Source: Octopus vulgaris (taxonomy: Eukaryota). From it: a stretch of 64,000 bases of DNA. Both the position numbers and the translations under genes were made by a program. Location of the stretch: contig OX597823.1 in assembly GCA_951406725.2 (NCBI GenBank), forward strand, positions 32,240,001-32,304,000, in the 5' to 3' direction. Below, piece after piece: positions 1-13,249 of the stretch. A model generated the notes under the pieces. That model did not search any database. It had not been told where the DNA came from and worked only from the letters and a program-made list of their open reading frames with translations. Position 1 is the stretch's first letter. Each line of letters starts with the position of its first letter.

Positions 1-91
1 GTTAACTTGGCAGAAAATATATGTCTGAGTGACGCCCTACAGGAGGACAGACAACAGACAAATAACAAATTCATCGAAATGGAGGAATGTG

Positions 92-95
<4 letters not shown>

Positions 96-127
<32 letters not shown>

Positions 128-338
128 TATATATATGTATAACATAGATAAATAAATAGATAGTTAGATAGATAGTAGATAGATAGATAAATATGAGACA
201 GATACATACATACATACATACATGCATGCATGCATACATACATACATACATACATACATACATACATACATACATACATACATACATGCATGCATGCATG
301 CATGCATGCATGCATGCATACATACATACATACATACA

Positions 339-369
<31 letters not shown>

Positions 370-451
370 GAGATAGATAGATATGATAATAGATAGATAG
401 ATAGACAGACGGATGGACAGACAGACAGACAGACAGATAGATAGATAGATG

Positions 452-521
<70 letters not shown>

Positions 522-532
522 CAGACAGATAC
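96..532. repeat. Compound microsatellite (CA)n/(TAGA)n/(CATA)n/(CATG)n
   Basis: Direct reading; it generates the spurious YLSI/CMYV ORFs. Confidence 0.95.
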
Positions 533-1393
533 AAATATTATTTGTTCGTGGGTGGTGGGAAGATGAAATCACTGGCTAAGTCTTTAAGTGTTATCTTTCT
601 TTAAGATACTGTGAATTGGTTAGCACCAGAGGATCACTGACAGATGATAAATCGTTTATATTGACTTAAACTTTGATAAAATATATATGAAGTAATTTAT
701 ATGGCAAATAAAGATAACTGATAAGGAATTGTGGTTCTGATGAGACATCTAATCCTGCCTTCTTCCTACTGATGCATATTTTTAATGGCAGACGCAGAAT
801 TATGAAATGGGAATGGATGGGGGTGGGCATGGATTAATAGAACTTCTGCTGATTCACATGCAAATATCTACCATACAACTCCCTCCCCTTCTCCCTTTCT
901 CTCTCCCTTTCTCACTCATACTTTTCCTCTTTCCCTGTTTGATTCACACTTTCTCTCTCTCTCTCCTATTTCGTCTCACTATCCCTTAGCTCCCTCTTCC
1001 TTCTCCTCTCTCTTTATCTTTCTCTCGTTTTCTGTCTATTTTTTTTTATTTGTTTTGTAGTTGCTCACTCTCCTTGTCACTTTCTGTTTATCACCCTCTC
1101 TTTATCACACACACTCTCTCTAAATTTCTCTTCCTCCTCCCCTCCTCCTCCTCACACACATACACACACACACGTGCGCACGCACACACACACACACACA
1201 TGCATACAAAATCCTCATCAGTGTTGTACCCTGGGTACTCTGAAAGCTTTACATAAGACAACACATTCTTTCCTCACTTAAGACAGTAGTTTATGATTTG
1301 AGGAAGAGTTGTCTACTATTTCTCAAGGTTTGAATGACAAGATGGTCAAGGCTTGAGTGCTTTGTGTAATAGGTCTACTCAGTCAGAATGGAC

Positions 1394-3344
1394 TGTGATG
1401 TCAATGGTCAAGGGACCTGACTGGAACAGGAAAGGTGAGTGAAGAAGTAAGGGAAGGAAAACCAGGGTCGTCCTCTTTTGCCTTAGGGCACTCACAGCAA
1501 ACAGCATGCAGCTACATCAAGAAACAAGAAGAAGGGGCAAACAGGAGAGACAAAGTGGGAGAGGGGATGGTGGCAATGATGTGGGAGATCCTAAAGAGGA
1601 TAAGAGCAGAAGAACCAGTAAGAGGGAACTGGTACATACCCAAATCGGAGAATGGGACTGTATGGTGCAATACTAGCAGCATAGCAATAGGGGCTGTATT
1701 GGAAATCAGTGGAGGATGCAGCCTGGTTTCAAAAAGCAGATGATTACAACCACATCAACATGGCTGAGTTGGATGCAGTGCTGAAATGGATAAGCTTGAC
1801 CCTGAAATGGGGGCTTGTACTCCATCAAAATCCGAACTGATTCAGTCACCGTGCTTGAGTGGGTAGGATCAATGATCACTGACGAAAAGAGGGTTTGAAC
1901 CAAAGAGACAGCAGAAATGTTAGTAAAGTGCTGCCTAAGGTTTCTAGGAGAGCTAGCTACTGAATTAGGTTTGAAGCTGAGCGTGGTCTTTGTGTCTTCA
2001 GAAAAGAACAAGGCAGATATTCTAACCAGGGTGAAAAAGCCCTGGTTGGTGGAGCCAGAAGATTTGAAGCAAGGGAAAGCTGCAGTGTGTTGGTTTAGTG
2101 ACTCAGAACTAAGGAGACTGCATGCCATGCATTATATGGGTGTGGATAGAACCCTTTATATTGCCAGGAGGGCTGATGCCAATATTACTAGACATACTGT
2201 CCAAAAGATGGTTGTAACTGTGACAGGTGTCAATCCATTGACCCGGCTCCAAGTCTGCATGAGCAGGGAAACATCTTGGTAGAGCACAATTGGAGACAAT
2301 TGTCAGTGGATGTAACACACTAGTGGCAGGGGACATATTTCTCGATGGTTGACTGTGGGGCAGGTCAGATGGCTATTTGGAGTGAATTGAAGACAGGCAC
2401 TGCAAAAGAGATTGTGTGTATCCTCAACAAGGTATTCCTGGAACGGGGCCCTGTGGATGAATTGCTGATGGACAATGGCACTGCATTTCATTCGGAGATA
2501 CTGAAGGAGATGCTTGATAAGTGGAACATGCACCACTTCTTCAGAGCGGCATTCAGGCCGAATGGAAATGGGATTGTGCAAAGACATCATTGAACGATCA
2601 AGGCCATGGCAGAGAGGAAAAGCATCTCACCACTGGAAGCAGTATTCTGGTATGATATGTCACCTTGATCAGGACAGGCTGAAGAGTCTGTGCCACAGAG
2701 AACGATATTCAGATATGAATGACAGCATCTGAGCAAACCATCAGAATACCCTGTGGAAGAGAGAGGGAGATGAAGTCTGGGTCAAGCACCCGAAGGCATG
2801 CTGCACATCTCAGTGGAACAGAAGAACAGTGATGACTGTTAATTCCAAAAATAATGTTACTGTGGATGGAATACCACATCATGTCTTGGATGTTTGCAGG
2901 ATTGTTGCTTCATCGGATGATAAAGGTGGAGGAGAAGAGACTGAGGCTCCTTTCCTATGGAGATCACAGCGTGTGAGGCGTCCATCCGGGTGGATGGCAG
3001 ATTTTGACATGGAGTAAAGTGTGGAGGGGATCTTAGAGATCAGGGGGTGTTTAGGAATGAGATGAGCTAGAAGGAAAGGGCAGTGACATCAATGGTCAAG
3101 GAGCCTGACCAGAACAGGAAGGGTGAGAGAGAAAGTGAGGGAAGGAAAACCAGGGATGTCCTCTTTCACCTTGGGATGCTCACCATGAACAGCTGTGTGT
3201 GGAGCGAGATTGGTAATAGCAGCTACTTACATTAGGTACGATGGGCAGGACACGAGTTTTGGACTTAGTAAAGCTGGACAGCTGACAAAGAGAAGGTAGG
3301 TGAACTGTCTCTTATTTCCCCACATTACAGTTCCCTCAACAACA
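1394..3344 (+). mobile_element. Degenerate, internally deleted Ty3/gypsy LTR retrotransposon (RNase H-integrase remnant)
   Basis: Frameshifted pol motifs in gypsy order: RNase H (WCNTSSIAIGAVLE, HINMAELDAVL, IRTDSVTV, KNKADILTR), HHCC finger (LHAMHYMGVDRT..CDRCQ) and integrase core (VDCG..LMDNGTAF..PNGNGIVQR). Diverged direct repeats at 1394-1505 and 3083-3193. Confidence 0.9.
3048..3344 (+). repeat. Putative 3' LTR of the gypsy element
   Basis: Follows a purine-rich PPT-like AGAGATCAGGGGG (3035-3047), starts TGT, plausibly ends ..CAACA, and contains the segment repeated at 1394-1505. Confidence 0.65.
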
Positions 3345-3851
3345 GATGTCTCTACTTCAGGCACATAGCCACGGGGGGTGGGGGGCTATGTGGTATAAAT
3401 ATGTTTTAAATAAATGTAAACTGATTTTATTATTTCGTGTTGTGAACTTTCTTGAAAGACGTAATCAAATTTTATAAACAGTATGGTTTTTAGAGTACTG
3501 TTCAGCACCCCCAGCAATCAAGGTAGCCCCCTCCCCCCAGTTGCCATCGGCTGGCTGCATGATTTGCTTTGTGATCCAGATTTGTGTAAATGTGACACTG
3601 ATTAAAGTTAGATTTCAGTGTTAGAAAACACTGTGATATAAATTAGATTCAACTCAGCCATCCATCTTATTGGCAAATATTAATTCATCAAAAACATTTA
3701 CAAACACTAACTCTATAAATTTGTTGGTCTGGGGAAAGGCACCCAACCATTGAATACAGAGATGGGCACCCTGCTGTTGAATGCTGGCCAGGAGTGATAA
3801 GAAAGATGTCTAGATACTGAGCCAAAGTGGGAGTTTTACATAGTTACTCAC

Positions 3852-3950
3852 AAATAACAGCTAAATCTTCCTCCCATCATATAACAGAAATAACAGCTAA
3901 ATCTTCCTCCCACCATATAACAGAAATAACAGCTAAATCTTCTTCCCATC
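3852..3950. repeat. Tandem repeat, about 37-bp unit, about 2.7 copies
   Basis: AAATAACAGCTAAATCTTCCTCCCA(T/C)CATATAACAG repeated. Confidence 0.85.
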
Positions 3951-5215
3951 ACATACCACTGTCTTAAAAAAAGGATATGTTGGACGAAGTGGTCCTGGGT
4001 TCATGTTGGATGAAACTGATCTGGGATTAAACAACCATACAACACCACCTACATATGAAAAAGGCATTCAAATGCTGAGCCAAAGAGAGTTTTACTTTTT
4101 ACATTTTGGTTTAGTAACAGGTTAGTCTTGATCCAGTAGACATGAAATCAAAGACATTGCACCATTTTTGTGCATGCCCATTCCATCTTTCTGGATATCT
4201 ATAGTTACATTGCTTGGTAAGTCTTTCCTTTTTTAAGACTGTAACGGTATTATTTGATGGAAATATAGCTGTAATTTGAGTTACCTGAGTGTAAAAATCA
4301 AGTGGAGTCCATTCCTATCTAGTCACAAGTCTACAACCAGAAAAACAAAAGTAATGTGGTGGGAGTCATATTCCAAAACGAGCATCAAACCTTCAGTGCC
4401 AACATTGTTTCTCAGCAACTTTACCAAAGAATGGCAACACTACCAACATCCCTAGTTGGGCTTTTTTTCACATAATATCTTAACATCTACAAAAAGTTTG
4501 TCTTGTTGCTTGATATCAACAGAATCATAATTATTTTGATGGCCACTCTTCTCCATACTTGCATAGGTGGGATGAAATTAACTTTTCTACAGTTGGAAGC
4601 CTTTCCTGTCACCAACCTTCAGCTGTTTCCAAGCAAGGTAATATTTCCCCATGACCAAACAAGATTTTACAGAATATTGGAAATGAATGACATTGCTTCT
4701 ATAATGGCGACACCCATTTAAAACTATTCTGTGATGTCAAGAGTACAAGCACCCACACTCAAACTCCCCACACATACACAAACACAGATATATCAGTGAG
4801 AACGGATGCACTCTGTGCACCACAAATTTATCATTCAGATTGCACCACTTATTAGTAACCATACTAAACTCCAACCGTTGTAAGATCTCAAAGGGTTCTG
4901 GGAATTCTAAGAAGGTTATACTGTAATCTAAAGAGCACATCAATAATGAGAGCAGGACAATGGTGGGGACTTGGCAATTCCTTTATAATATCTGCAACCA
5001 GTGTCCAGTTTGGATTATGTATGCTGCATTTCTAAGTTGTGTCTCTGGACTGCATTTATAGCATGATTAATTAATTACTGAATATTGAAACATATAACAG
5101 ATGTAATAAAGGAATACCAGATTCACACCCATGTTTTCCCCCCTTTATTTACACATGCACACACACACACACACACACACTTGTGTGTACATGTGTTTGT
5201 GTGTGTATACATATA

Positions 5216-5385
5216 GACGATGGGCTTCTTTCAGTTTCTGTTTACCAAATCCATTCACAAGGTTTTGGTCAGCCTGAGACTATAGTAGAAGATGCTTGCC
5301 CAAGGTGCCATGCAATGGGAATGAACCTGAAACCATGTGGTTGGTAAGTAAATTTCTTAGCCATACAAGTCACACCTGCACCTAT
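5216..5385 (-). mobile_element. tRNA-derived CORE-type SINE, 5' half
   Basis: The minus strand has a B-box-like GGTTCATTCC followed by GCACCTTGGGCAAG (CORE-like); same family as 6916-7300. Confidence 0.8.
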
Positions 5386-5710
5386 CTAATCAACATTTGA
5401 AGGTTCTTATAATTTCATCAGATTAATTATGATAAAAACAATTTTCACACAACGAACTACCACTTCTTACAATTTATCTCGTTAGCCATTTCTGCCATCC
5501 AGCTACTTCATTAACAACGATTTTTTGTTTGTTTTTTTTTTCTGTTTAAGTCTACCAACTCATGCAAGAAAATACAGAATTCTCAAAAGCAAATTACATT
5601 AGTCTTCAAATGATATTATAATGAATATATATGTTTTTTTTTTCCTTATTAATTTCTGAAAATAAAAACATAGTTGCTGAATAAGGTGTAAAGTTTCTGC
5701 CTCCCTCCTG

Positions 5711-5756
<46 letters not shown>

Positions 5757-6915
5757 ATCTCTTTCTCTCAAGTAGTTTTGATATTGTTGAGAAAATATTT
5801 CTTCAAAAGAAAGAAAGCAAATCAAACATTTCGAATTTCAAAATATAAAATATGACCAACTGGAAATTTCATTATTCTATGCGTTATTAATGAACGAATA
5901 GCCAGAAAATGTGCTTTCTATTAGGTTATGCATGAATGAGCAGCCATGTTGTGTCATGTGACTGTGTACCACCACTAACAGTTATGTTTCTCAACAAGTA
6001 TGGTGGTGGTGGTGGTGGTGGTGGTGGTGGCAGCAGTAGTGATGATGATGGTTGTGATAATAGTGGTAATGGTAATGGTGGCAGAACTGATATGGGTTGA
6101 TATCTAAGTGAGGGTGAGAAATACTTTTTATTTTAAAATCTGAAGGGGGAAAACTTTAATTCTTGATTTCCGGCACTTTCTAAAAGAATAATATAATATT
6201 GAAGCAGGAAAATATAAAATATGATAGTTAGAGTAGACGATATCCTATCTAGATTTCACTGGAAGACCACCAGACATTCTATTTTGAGGAGAGATAATAT
6301 GTTGTCTTATCATTTGTGGAAGGTCAGGTGTTTACTGTAAAGTTAAGCAGCATGTAAGCCTCAACCCTACTCAAGAAAGTTTGAGTGTCACTAATTTTGT
6401 ATTTTGTAAGATTTATAAAAAGAGTGATTATAAGTTTTAGTATCCATGATATAAGACTGAAGAGGTTGTGAGAAATGATCTGTGGTTCAATGTCTGCAGA
6501 GCGGGACCCAAGGACAGTGTGGACTTCAGTGAAGATACCAAAAGAGCAAGATGTTGTTGTTGTTGTTGTTGTTGCTGTTCAGCTCTAATATTATGTCATC
6601 CAATATATTTTTACATTTTTTTTTGAAGAAGTCAGGATGTGAGAAAAGGGAAATTTGGTTGCTATTTGTTACAGATTAAGTCTTTTTTTATTAACTTGTC
6701 TTCTTGTGAGGCTGAACCGGGCAGTTCCACTTACTGGGTTTCCCTTATGACATCATGGAGACTAAGCAAATTAAGTATAGCTTTAACATGTCTAAGTCAA
6801 CATCATTCTTTTTACATTATTTTCCATATTGATGTGGGTTGGATGAGATGTTTTCATGCAGGCCAGATGCTCTTCTTGATACCAGCTTCTTCTGATGTGC
6901 TCTCTCTCTTTTTAC

Positions 6916-7300
6916 TCTTTTACTTGTTTCAGTCATTTGACTGCGGCCATGCTGGAGCACTGCCTTTAGTCGAGCAAATCGACCCCGGGACTTATTCTTT
7001 GTAAGCCCAATACTTATTCTACCAGTCTCTTTTGCCGAATCGCTAAGTGACGGGGACGTAAACACACCAGCATCGGTTGTCAAGCAATGCTAGGGGGACA
7101 AACACAGACACACAAACACACACACACATACATATATACGACAGGCTTCTTTCAGTTTCTGTCTACCAAATCCAATCACAAGGCATTGGTTGGCCCGGGG
7201 CTATAGCAGAAGACACTTGCCCAAAAAGCCACGCAGTGGGACTGAACCTGGAATCATGTGGCTGGTTAGCAAGCTACTTACCACACAGCCACTCCTGCGT
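6916..7300 (-). mobile_element. Full tRNA-derived CORE-type SINE (octopus OR2-like): head + TG/TA linker + tail
   Basis: A/B-box head, CORE-like TTGGGCAAGTGTCTTCT, microsatellite linker and a tail ending CAGTCAAATGACTGAAACAAGTAAAAGA. About 10 copies occur in the window. Confidence 0.85.
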
Positions 7301-7617
7301 TATACCTATCCTAAAAACTGCAAAACATGCAGCTTTGTAGGAAGGAAGGAGGCACTATTCTGTGTATGTTATGTGCATGTGCATATATGCACATGCGCTT
7401 CAAAAGCAACACATAGTGTACACACAAGAAATGAATGTGTTCACAAAAGATTAATTACTTGAAATAAAGGAGTAATTCAGGATTTTATTTATTAGATGTT
7501 CAGTATGTACATGTGTATCACAGGAGAAAAAAAAACATCTGCACAGCATAAGATTTTGGAACACATTGACTTCTAAAAACTAGAGAGAACTTTGAATGAA
7601 GGTAGTGTTGGGGCTTG

Positions 7618-7912
7618 GGTAAACATTGGTGGGAAAAGTGTAAACATTAGAGGAAGGTGGTGTAAACATTGTAGGGAAGTAGGGTGAACATTGGAGTGAA
7701 GTAATGTAAACATTAAAGAGGGGTAGTGTGAATAATGTAAGGGGGTAGAATAAACATTGGGGGAAAGTAATGTAAATGTTGAAGAGATATAGTGAAAATA
7801 TTGGAGGGAAATAGTGTAAACACTGGAGGTAGACAGAGTGAACATTGTGAAGCAGGTAGTGTAAACATTGGGGGGAAACTGTAAACATTGGAGACAGATA
7901 ATGTAAACAATT
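7618..7912. repeat. Degenerate minisatellite, about 21-22-bp unit
   Basis: Repeated GTAAACATTG(G)AGGGAAGTAGT-like units. Confidence 0.8.
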
Positions 7913-8133
7913 TCATGAATGAACTCTTGCAATTTGTCCTATGATGTTTATTAATGACAGAAATAATGATTCCATACTTATGTATAAAGTCAATAATTAT
8001 AGCAAGGATGGTGCTCCTCAAATCGGTTTACTGTCACCACTTTTGTTTTCCTAACACATTTTTAATGTCCCCTTTCTATGATTCAACACTTCCTTTCTCA
8101 TTTTTAATATATATATATATATATATATATTAT

Positions 8134-9850
8134 TAGGTCATAGGGATAGATGAGTGGTTGGTGAGAGCTGTACAAACCATGTACAAGGACACATTGCCAG
8201 TAAGGTGAGGGCTGGCAATGAGTACAGCGAATAATTCAGGGTATAAGTAGGGGGTTCATCAAGGATCAGTCCTCAGCCCACTCTTGTTCATCATAGTCCT
8301 CCAGGCAATAACAGAGGAATTTAAGACAGGCTACCCCAGGGAGCTCCTCTATGCTGATGACCTTATTCTTATAGCTAAATCACTACCAGAACAAGAGAAG
8401 AAAATCCAGGTATGGAAGCAAGGTTTAGAATGGAAGGGCCTTACAGTTAACCTAGCAAAAACCAAAGTCTTAGTAAGTAGGAAGGCAGACAAATCACAAA
8501 TCCCTTCAGATAGATGGCCCTGCCTGATCTGTAGAAAACATGTAGGTAGAAACTCCATAAGGTGTACCTGATGTAAGCTATGGGCACATAAGAGTAGCAA
8601 CAATATGAAAGGAAGGTTAACAGGGAAAATAGCATTTGTGTGTAGAAGGTGCACAGGGGCAATAAACTCTGGAAATGTACTGGGGCAATAAACTCTGGAA
8701 AATAGACTCCATCAACTGCCAGTGGAGTAAGCTAGAGATAGTAGATAGCTTCTGCTATCTAGGTGACCAAAATAGTAGCGGTGGTGGACGCTACAAGATC
8801 GTAACTGTGAGAATAACAAAAGGCTGGGCAAAGTTCAGAGAGCTCCTACCTCTGCTGGCAACAAAGCACCTCTCCCTCACAGTGAAATGAAGATTTTATG
8901 ATGCCTGTGTACGAACAGCTATGCTACATGGCAGTAAAACATGGGCTGTGACAGCTGAGGACATGTGTAGGCTTGAAAGAAATGAAGGCAGTATGCTTCA
9001 CTGGATGTGCAATGTCAGAGTGCATGTTTGACAGAGTGTAAGCATCTTGAGAGAAAAAAGTTGAGTATAAGAGGCATCAGATGTGGTATGCAAGACAGAC
9101 AAATGTGCTGGTATGATCATATAATGTATATGGACGAGGACAGTTGTGTAAAGAAGTGCCGATCTCTAACTGAGGAGTGAACATGTGGTAGAGGTAGACC
9201 CAGGAAGACATAGGACGAAGTGGTAAATATGCTTCAAACTTTGAACCTCACAGAGGCAATGACTAGTGACTGAGACCTTTGGCGATATGCTGTGCTTGAG
9301 AAGACCCGTCAAGCCAAGTGAAATCATAGTCGTGGCTGATACTGGTGAGATGTAACTGGCACCCATACCAGTGGAATGTAAAAACCACCTTTCGAGCATT
9401 GGGCATCACAGAGGTAAAGTGGCCAATGCTGGTAACACATGAAAAGCTTGTTTCGAGTGTTGGGCCTCACAGAAGCAATGACAAATCACTAAGAGCTTTG
9501 GAATTATATTTGTGCTTGAGAAGAAGACCCATCAAGCCAAGTAAAATTGTAGTCATGACAGATACTGGTGTCATGCAAATGGCACCCATGCAGGTGACAC
9601 ATAAGAGCACCCATTACACTCTTGGAATGGTTGGCACTAGGAAGGGCATCCAGCTGTAGAAATCATGCAATAATAACAAGAGCACTCAGAGAGTGCAAAC
9701 CTCTGCCAAGGCAACATCAGCATCCTCTAAACAATTAGCCAGAGATGATTTTTAAAATGAGAATATCTGAAATAAACTTGCTGGTCTATGCAAGCATGGA
9801 AAAGTGGAGGTTAAATGCTGATGACGGTAGTGGTGACAACGACGACGACG
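8134..9850 (+). mobile_element. 5'-truncated RTE-clade LINE (RT pseudogene + 3' UTR)
   Basis: GVHQGSVLSPLLFIIV, LLYADDL, LTVNLAKTK, DSFCYLG and GRGRPRKT motifs with stops and frameshifts. The 3' UTR has the GGAAGGGCATCCAGCTGTAGAAA..GCATGGAAAAGTGG tail and GAT/GAC repeats. Confidence 0.92.
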
Positions 9851-10559
9851 ATGGTGGTGGTGGTGGTGGTGGTGGTGGTGGTGGTGTTATTGGTGATGCT
9901 GATGCTGATGATGATAGCCAAGTGGTGAATTTGAAGTGAAAATTTAAAGGTGCATAACTAGATACTGTTTAAGATTTAGTTGAGCATTTCACCATTTCCA
10001 CTTTGCTTCAATCTTCCTCTTGAACAAAATAATGAGTTATATCATTGGCTTCACCAGTGAATTGAGGAAAAGAGAAAGAAAGTTGTCAGGCTCTGTTTCA
10101 GCCTATCAAATTCTTCATTCAATTACCAACAAGGAATTCAACAGAGAATTTGGAGGGTTGAAACTAAAGACTTGTTACAACTTCTTAAACAGAGTTTTAG
10201 GAGAGGCAACATACCAATTTTTGTGGGTGGAATTCTGGCAGAGGGAATATTGTTGAATGACTAAACTCTGGTATATTATTATCATTACATATTTTACCAA
10301 CCCCTGAGAGATATAATACAGTCACGCCTTAGTCAAAAGCCAAAGGACCAAAATAAATATAGAAAGGTATTTGATCCTGTGCTGACTGACATGAACCATT
10401 TTTACAAACAGAAATATTTTAAAGTTCAGTTATATTATTTCAAATTGTATTGTTCTCTTTCTGAGTTTTCTGGGAACTCCCTTAATTATGTAAACCTTCT
10501 TCAATAATTGGAAATCAAGTTTGTTCCAGAGGATTTTGCTTTTACTATTTTCACAGATA

Positions 10560-11132
10560 TACTTCTCTTTATGACAGAGTTCAAGTTAGCAGGTAGTACG
10601 GTTTGTGGCCAGTATTTCAAGTTCACCAGGGTGAATGTTGCAGAGCTTCAGGGATTTCTTGAGATGATCTTTATATCGCTTCTTTGGACCTCCGTGCGGT
10701 TGGTTACCCTCTGCTAACACTCCAAAAAGGACAATCTTGGGTATATGGTTTTCCGGCATCTTGATAACATGCCCCACTCAGTACAGTTGATGTTCAAGGA
10801 TCATGCATTCAATGCTGGTCAATTTCACTTGTCTCAAGATCTCTGTATGTGGGATCTTCTCCTTCCAGGTCAGATGAAGAATGCGCTGGATGAGTGCACT
10901 AGACTTCGTGAAGAAAAGCAGAGACAGCTCAAGGAATGTCATCAAAATTCTAGACAAGCTTATCATCGTTGGAGCCCTCTTTGCTAGTCTGAGTGTAATC
11001 GGACATGTGACTCCAGAATTGGCCTTTTCAGCCATGAGAGGGCCTGCCAACACCATCAAGACAACCCCTAAGGATCAAAGACGACGTCATCATATGTCAA
11101 GATGGATTGCCTCAAGCAAGCAAGTAAGTAAT
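10560..11132. mobile_element. RTE/BovB-type LINE 3' fragment with an internal inversion
   Basis: Minus strand 10890->10586 reads IQRILHLTWKEKIPHTEIL..GHVIKMPENHIPKIVLFG..GGPKKRYKDHLK. Plus strand 10890-11071 reads ECTRLREEKQRQ..CNRTCDSRIGLFSHERAC, followed by a CAAG/TAAG tail. Confidence 0.85.
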
Positions 11133-11155
11133 AGTTTAGCAGAAATAGTACAGTA

Positions 11156-13026
11156 CCCCAACCAGTAATGGGTTCTGCTTCCATTTCTGATCGTATATCA
11201 TCCCAAAAAGTAGGCTCCCACGACTTCTGTAGAATTATTAAAAGCATTATAAATAACAATAAGTCTTCTGTTCTTCCTTTATTCAATGGACCTGAGGTCT
11301 TGACATCATCTAATGATAAAGCAGAGTTCGTTGCTCAACTGTTTAGTTCTCACTCTATTCTCAATGACTCTGGTCATACACTTCCTGGTGTTTTTCTCAA
11401 AACTGATAAACTGTTACACAGTTATCATATTACTTCTGCTAAGGTTGCGGTCATTGTGGCATGGTTGGATCCATGTAAAGCAACTGGACCTGATGGTATT
11501 CCAGTCATTGTTCTTCAGAAGTGCTCTTCTGAGTTGACTTCTGTCTTATCTAGGTTCTTCCAAAAGTGTATCTCAGAATCTTGTTTTCTTTCTTTATGGA
11601 AATTCCCATCTGTTGTTCCTGTCTTTAAGAATTGTGGTGATCAATCTAATCCTCGTAATTATAGAGCAATTAGTCTACTACTAATCTTCAGTAAGGTTTT
11701 TGAGTCCTTGATTAATGACTCTCTCATAAAATATCATGACTCAAATCATTTAATCTCCGACTCTCAATATGGTTTCTGTGCCAGACAGTCTTCTCGCTGT
11801 TATATCTGAGCATGTTTAACGTGCCTTGAATGTATCTGGTCAAGCTAGGGCAGTTGCTTTTGATATCTCTAAGGCATTTGATAGGGTTTGGCATGCTGGA
11901 CTTCTATGGAAGCTTCAATCCTTTAGTGTTCATGCTGAACATCATCTCCTCTTTCCTTTATGACCATAGGATCAAGGTTGTTCTTGATGGTCAATCTTCA
12001 ACCAGTCATTCTATTAATGCTGGGGGTTCCTCAAGGATCTGTCCTCGGCCCAACTCTCTTTTTCCCTTTTATCAATAATCCGCCTGATCATATTATCTGT
12101 CAGCTCGTAATCTATGCTGATGACTCTACTTTGCACTCGTGTTTGGACAAATCTAATGATTTGTCTGATAAGGTTGAGATTGCTGCTAATCTTGAGAATG
12201 ATCTTTGCTCTATTGTTAAGTGGGGGTAGGAAATGGATTGTAAAGTTCAATCCATCAGAAACTAAACTTTTTTCAATTAATCGCTTCAGACATCCTTTCT
12301 TGTCATCAGTTTTGATGGATGGTATCAACTTACCTCAGAGTCAATCTCTTTGTCTTTTAGGAGTGACTTTCTGTAATGACTTTTCTCAGAGGACTTACAC
12401 TGAATCTATTGCCAAATCAGCTGCAATGAAGGCAGGCTCACTCCTTCATTTTAGGAGTTATCTCACTCCTGAGACTATTCTTTATCTTTATAAGTCCACC
12501 ATTCGCCCCTGCATTGAGTACTGTTGTCACATATGGACAGGTGCTCCAGCACAGTTTTTAACTCTGTTGGACTGCATTCAAAGCCGTATTTCTAATGCTT
12601 TTGGTCCTGATCTATCTTCTAAATTGGATTCACTCTCTCATCATCGTTGTGTGGCTTCCTTGTTTCTCTTCTACAAGTATTTTCATGGACATTGTTCAGC
12701 TGAGCTCCCTTCTCTGGTTTCTCCTTTAAGAACTTATCAGCCATCAACTAGACTTGCATCCAGTTCTCATCAATATACTGTGAAACCTCCTAAGTGTCGT
12801 AAAGCACTTCACAGTACCAGTTTCTTCCCTCGCACCTCTAAACTTTGGAATTTTCTTCCCCAGTTTTGTTTTCCTCTTCAATATGGCCTCTAGTCTTTTA
12901 AGTCACCATTGTCACCATTGACTTCTGTCTAACGTCCATTTTATTCTACTAGCTCTTACGTTTTCAGTGATCTAAGGACCTTGTAACAAGTGAATGCTTT
13001 AAAAAACAATTTTCTTATAGCATCAG
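11156..13026 (+). mobile_element. 5'-truncated CR1/L2-group LINE (RT pseudogene)
   Basis: KATGPDGIP, PVFK..NYRAISLL, SKVFE, SDSQYGF, GVPQGSVLGP, IYADD, YKSTIRPCIEYC and FFPRTSKLWN across frameshifted ORFs. Flanked by the 12-bp direct repeat AATAGTACAGTA (11144-11155, 13027-13038). Confidence 0.92.
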
Positions 13027-13249
13027 AATAGTACAGTAGATAGAAGAGTGATGGAGGGATGAGGGATAAGGTGATGAGTGGTGAGTTAAAGACTGCAAAT
13101 GCGAAGAACGCAGAAGATGGATACCAATGGGGTGGGTGGGGGTATGTTAGTGATAAGGATGAAGAATGGATGTGAATAAGAAATAGCTAGGGAATGGACC
13201 CACTTGTCTCAACTAAGAGAACTCAACTATGTACTTATTCATTATGCTA

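Noticed and set aside
37-534. Long low-complexity ORFs (also at 14652-14983, 15604-15982, 24006-24617, 26350-26916, 49901-50380, 60132-60561)
   Set aside because: They are translations of microsatellites that lack stop codons, with no splice or domain evidence.
3363-3560. MITE with CATAGCC..GGCTGCATG ends
   Set aside because: The terminal match is short and imperfect and no TSD was found.
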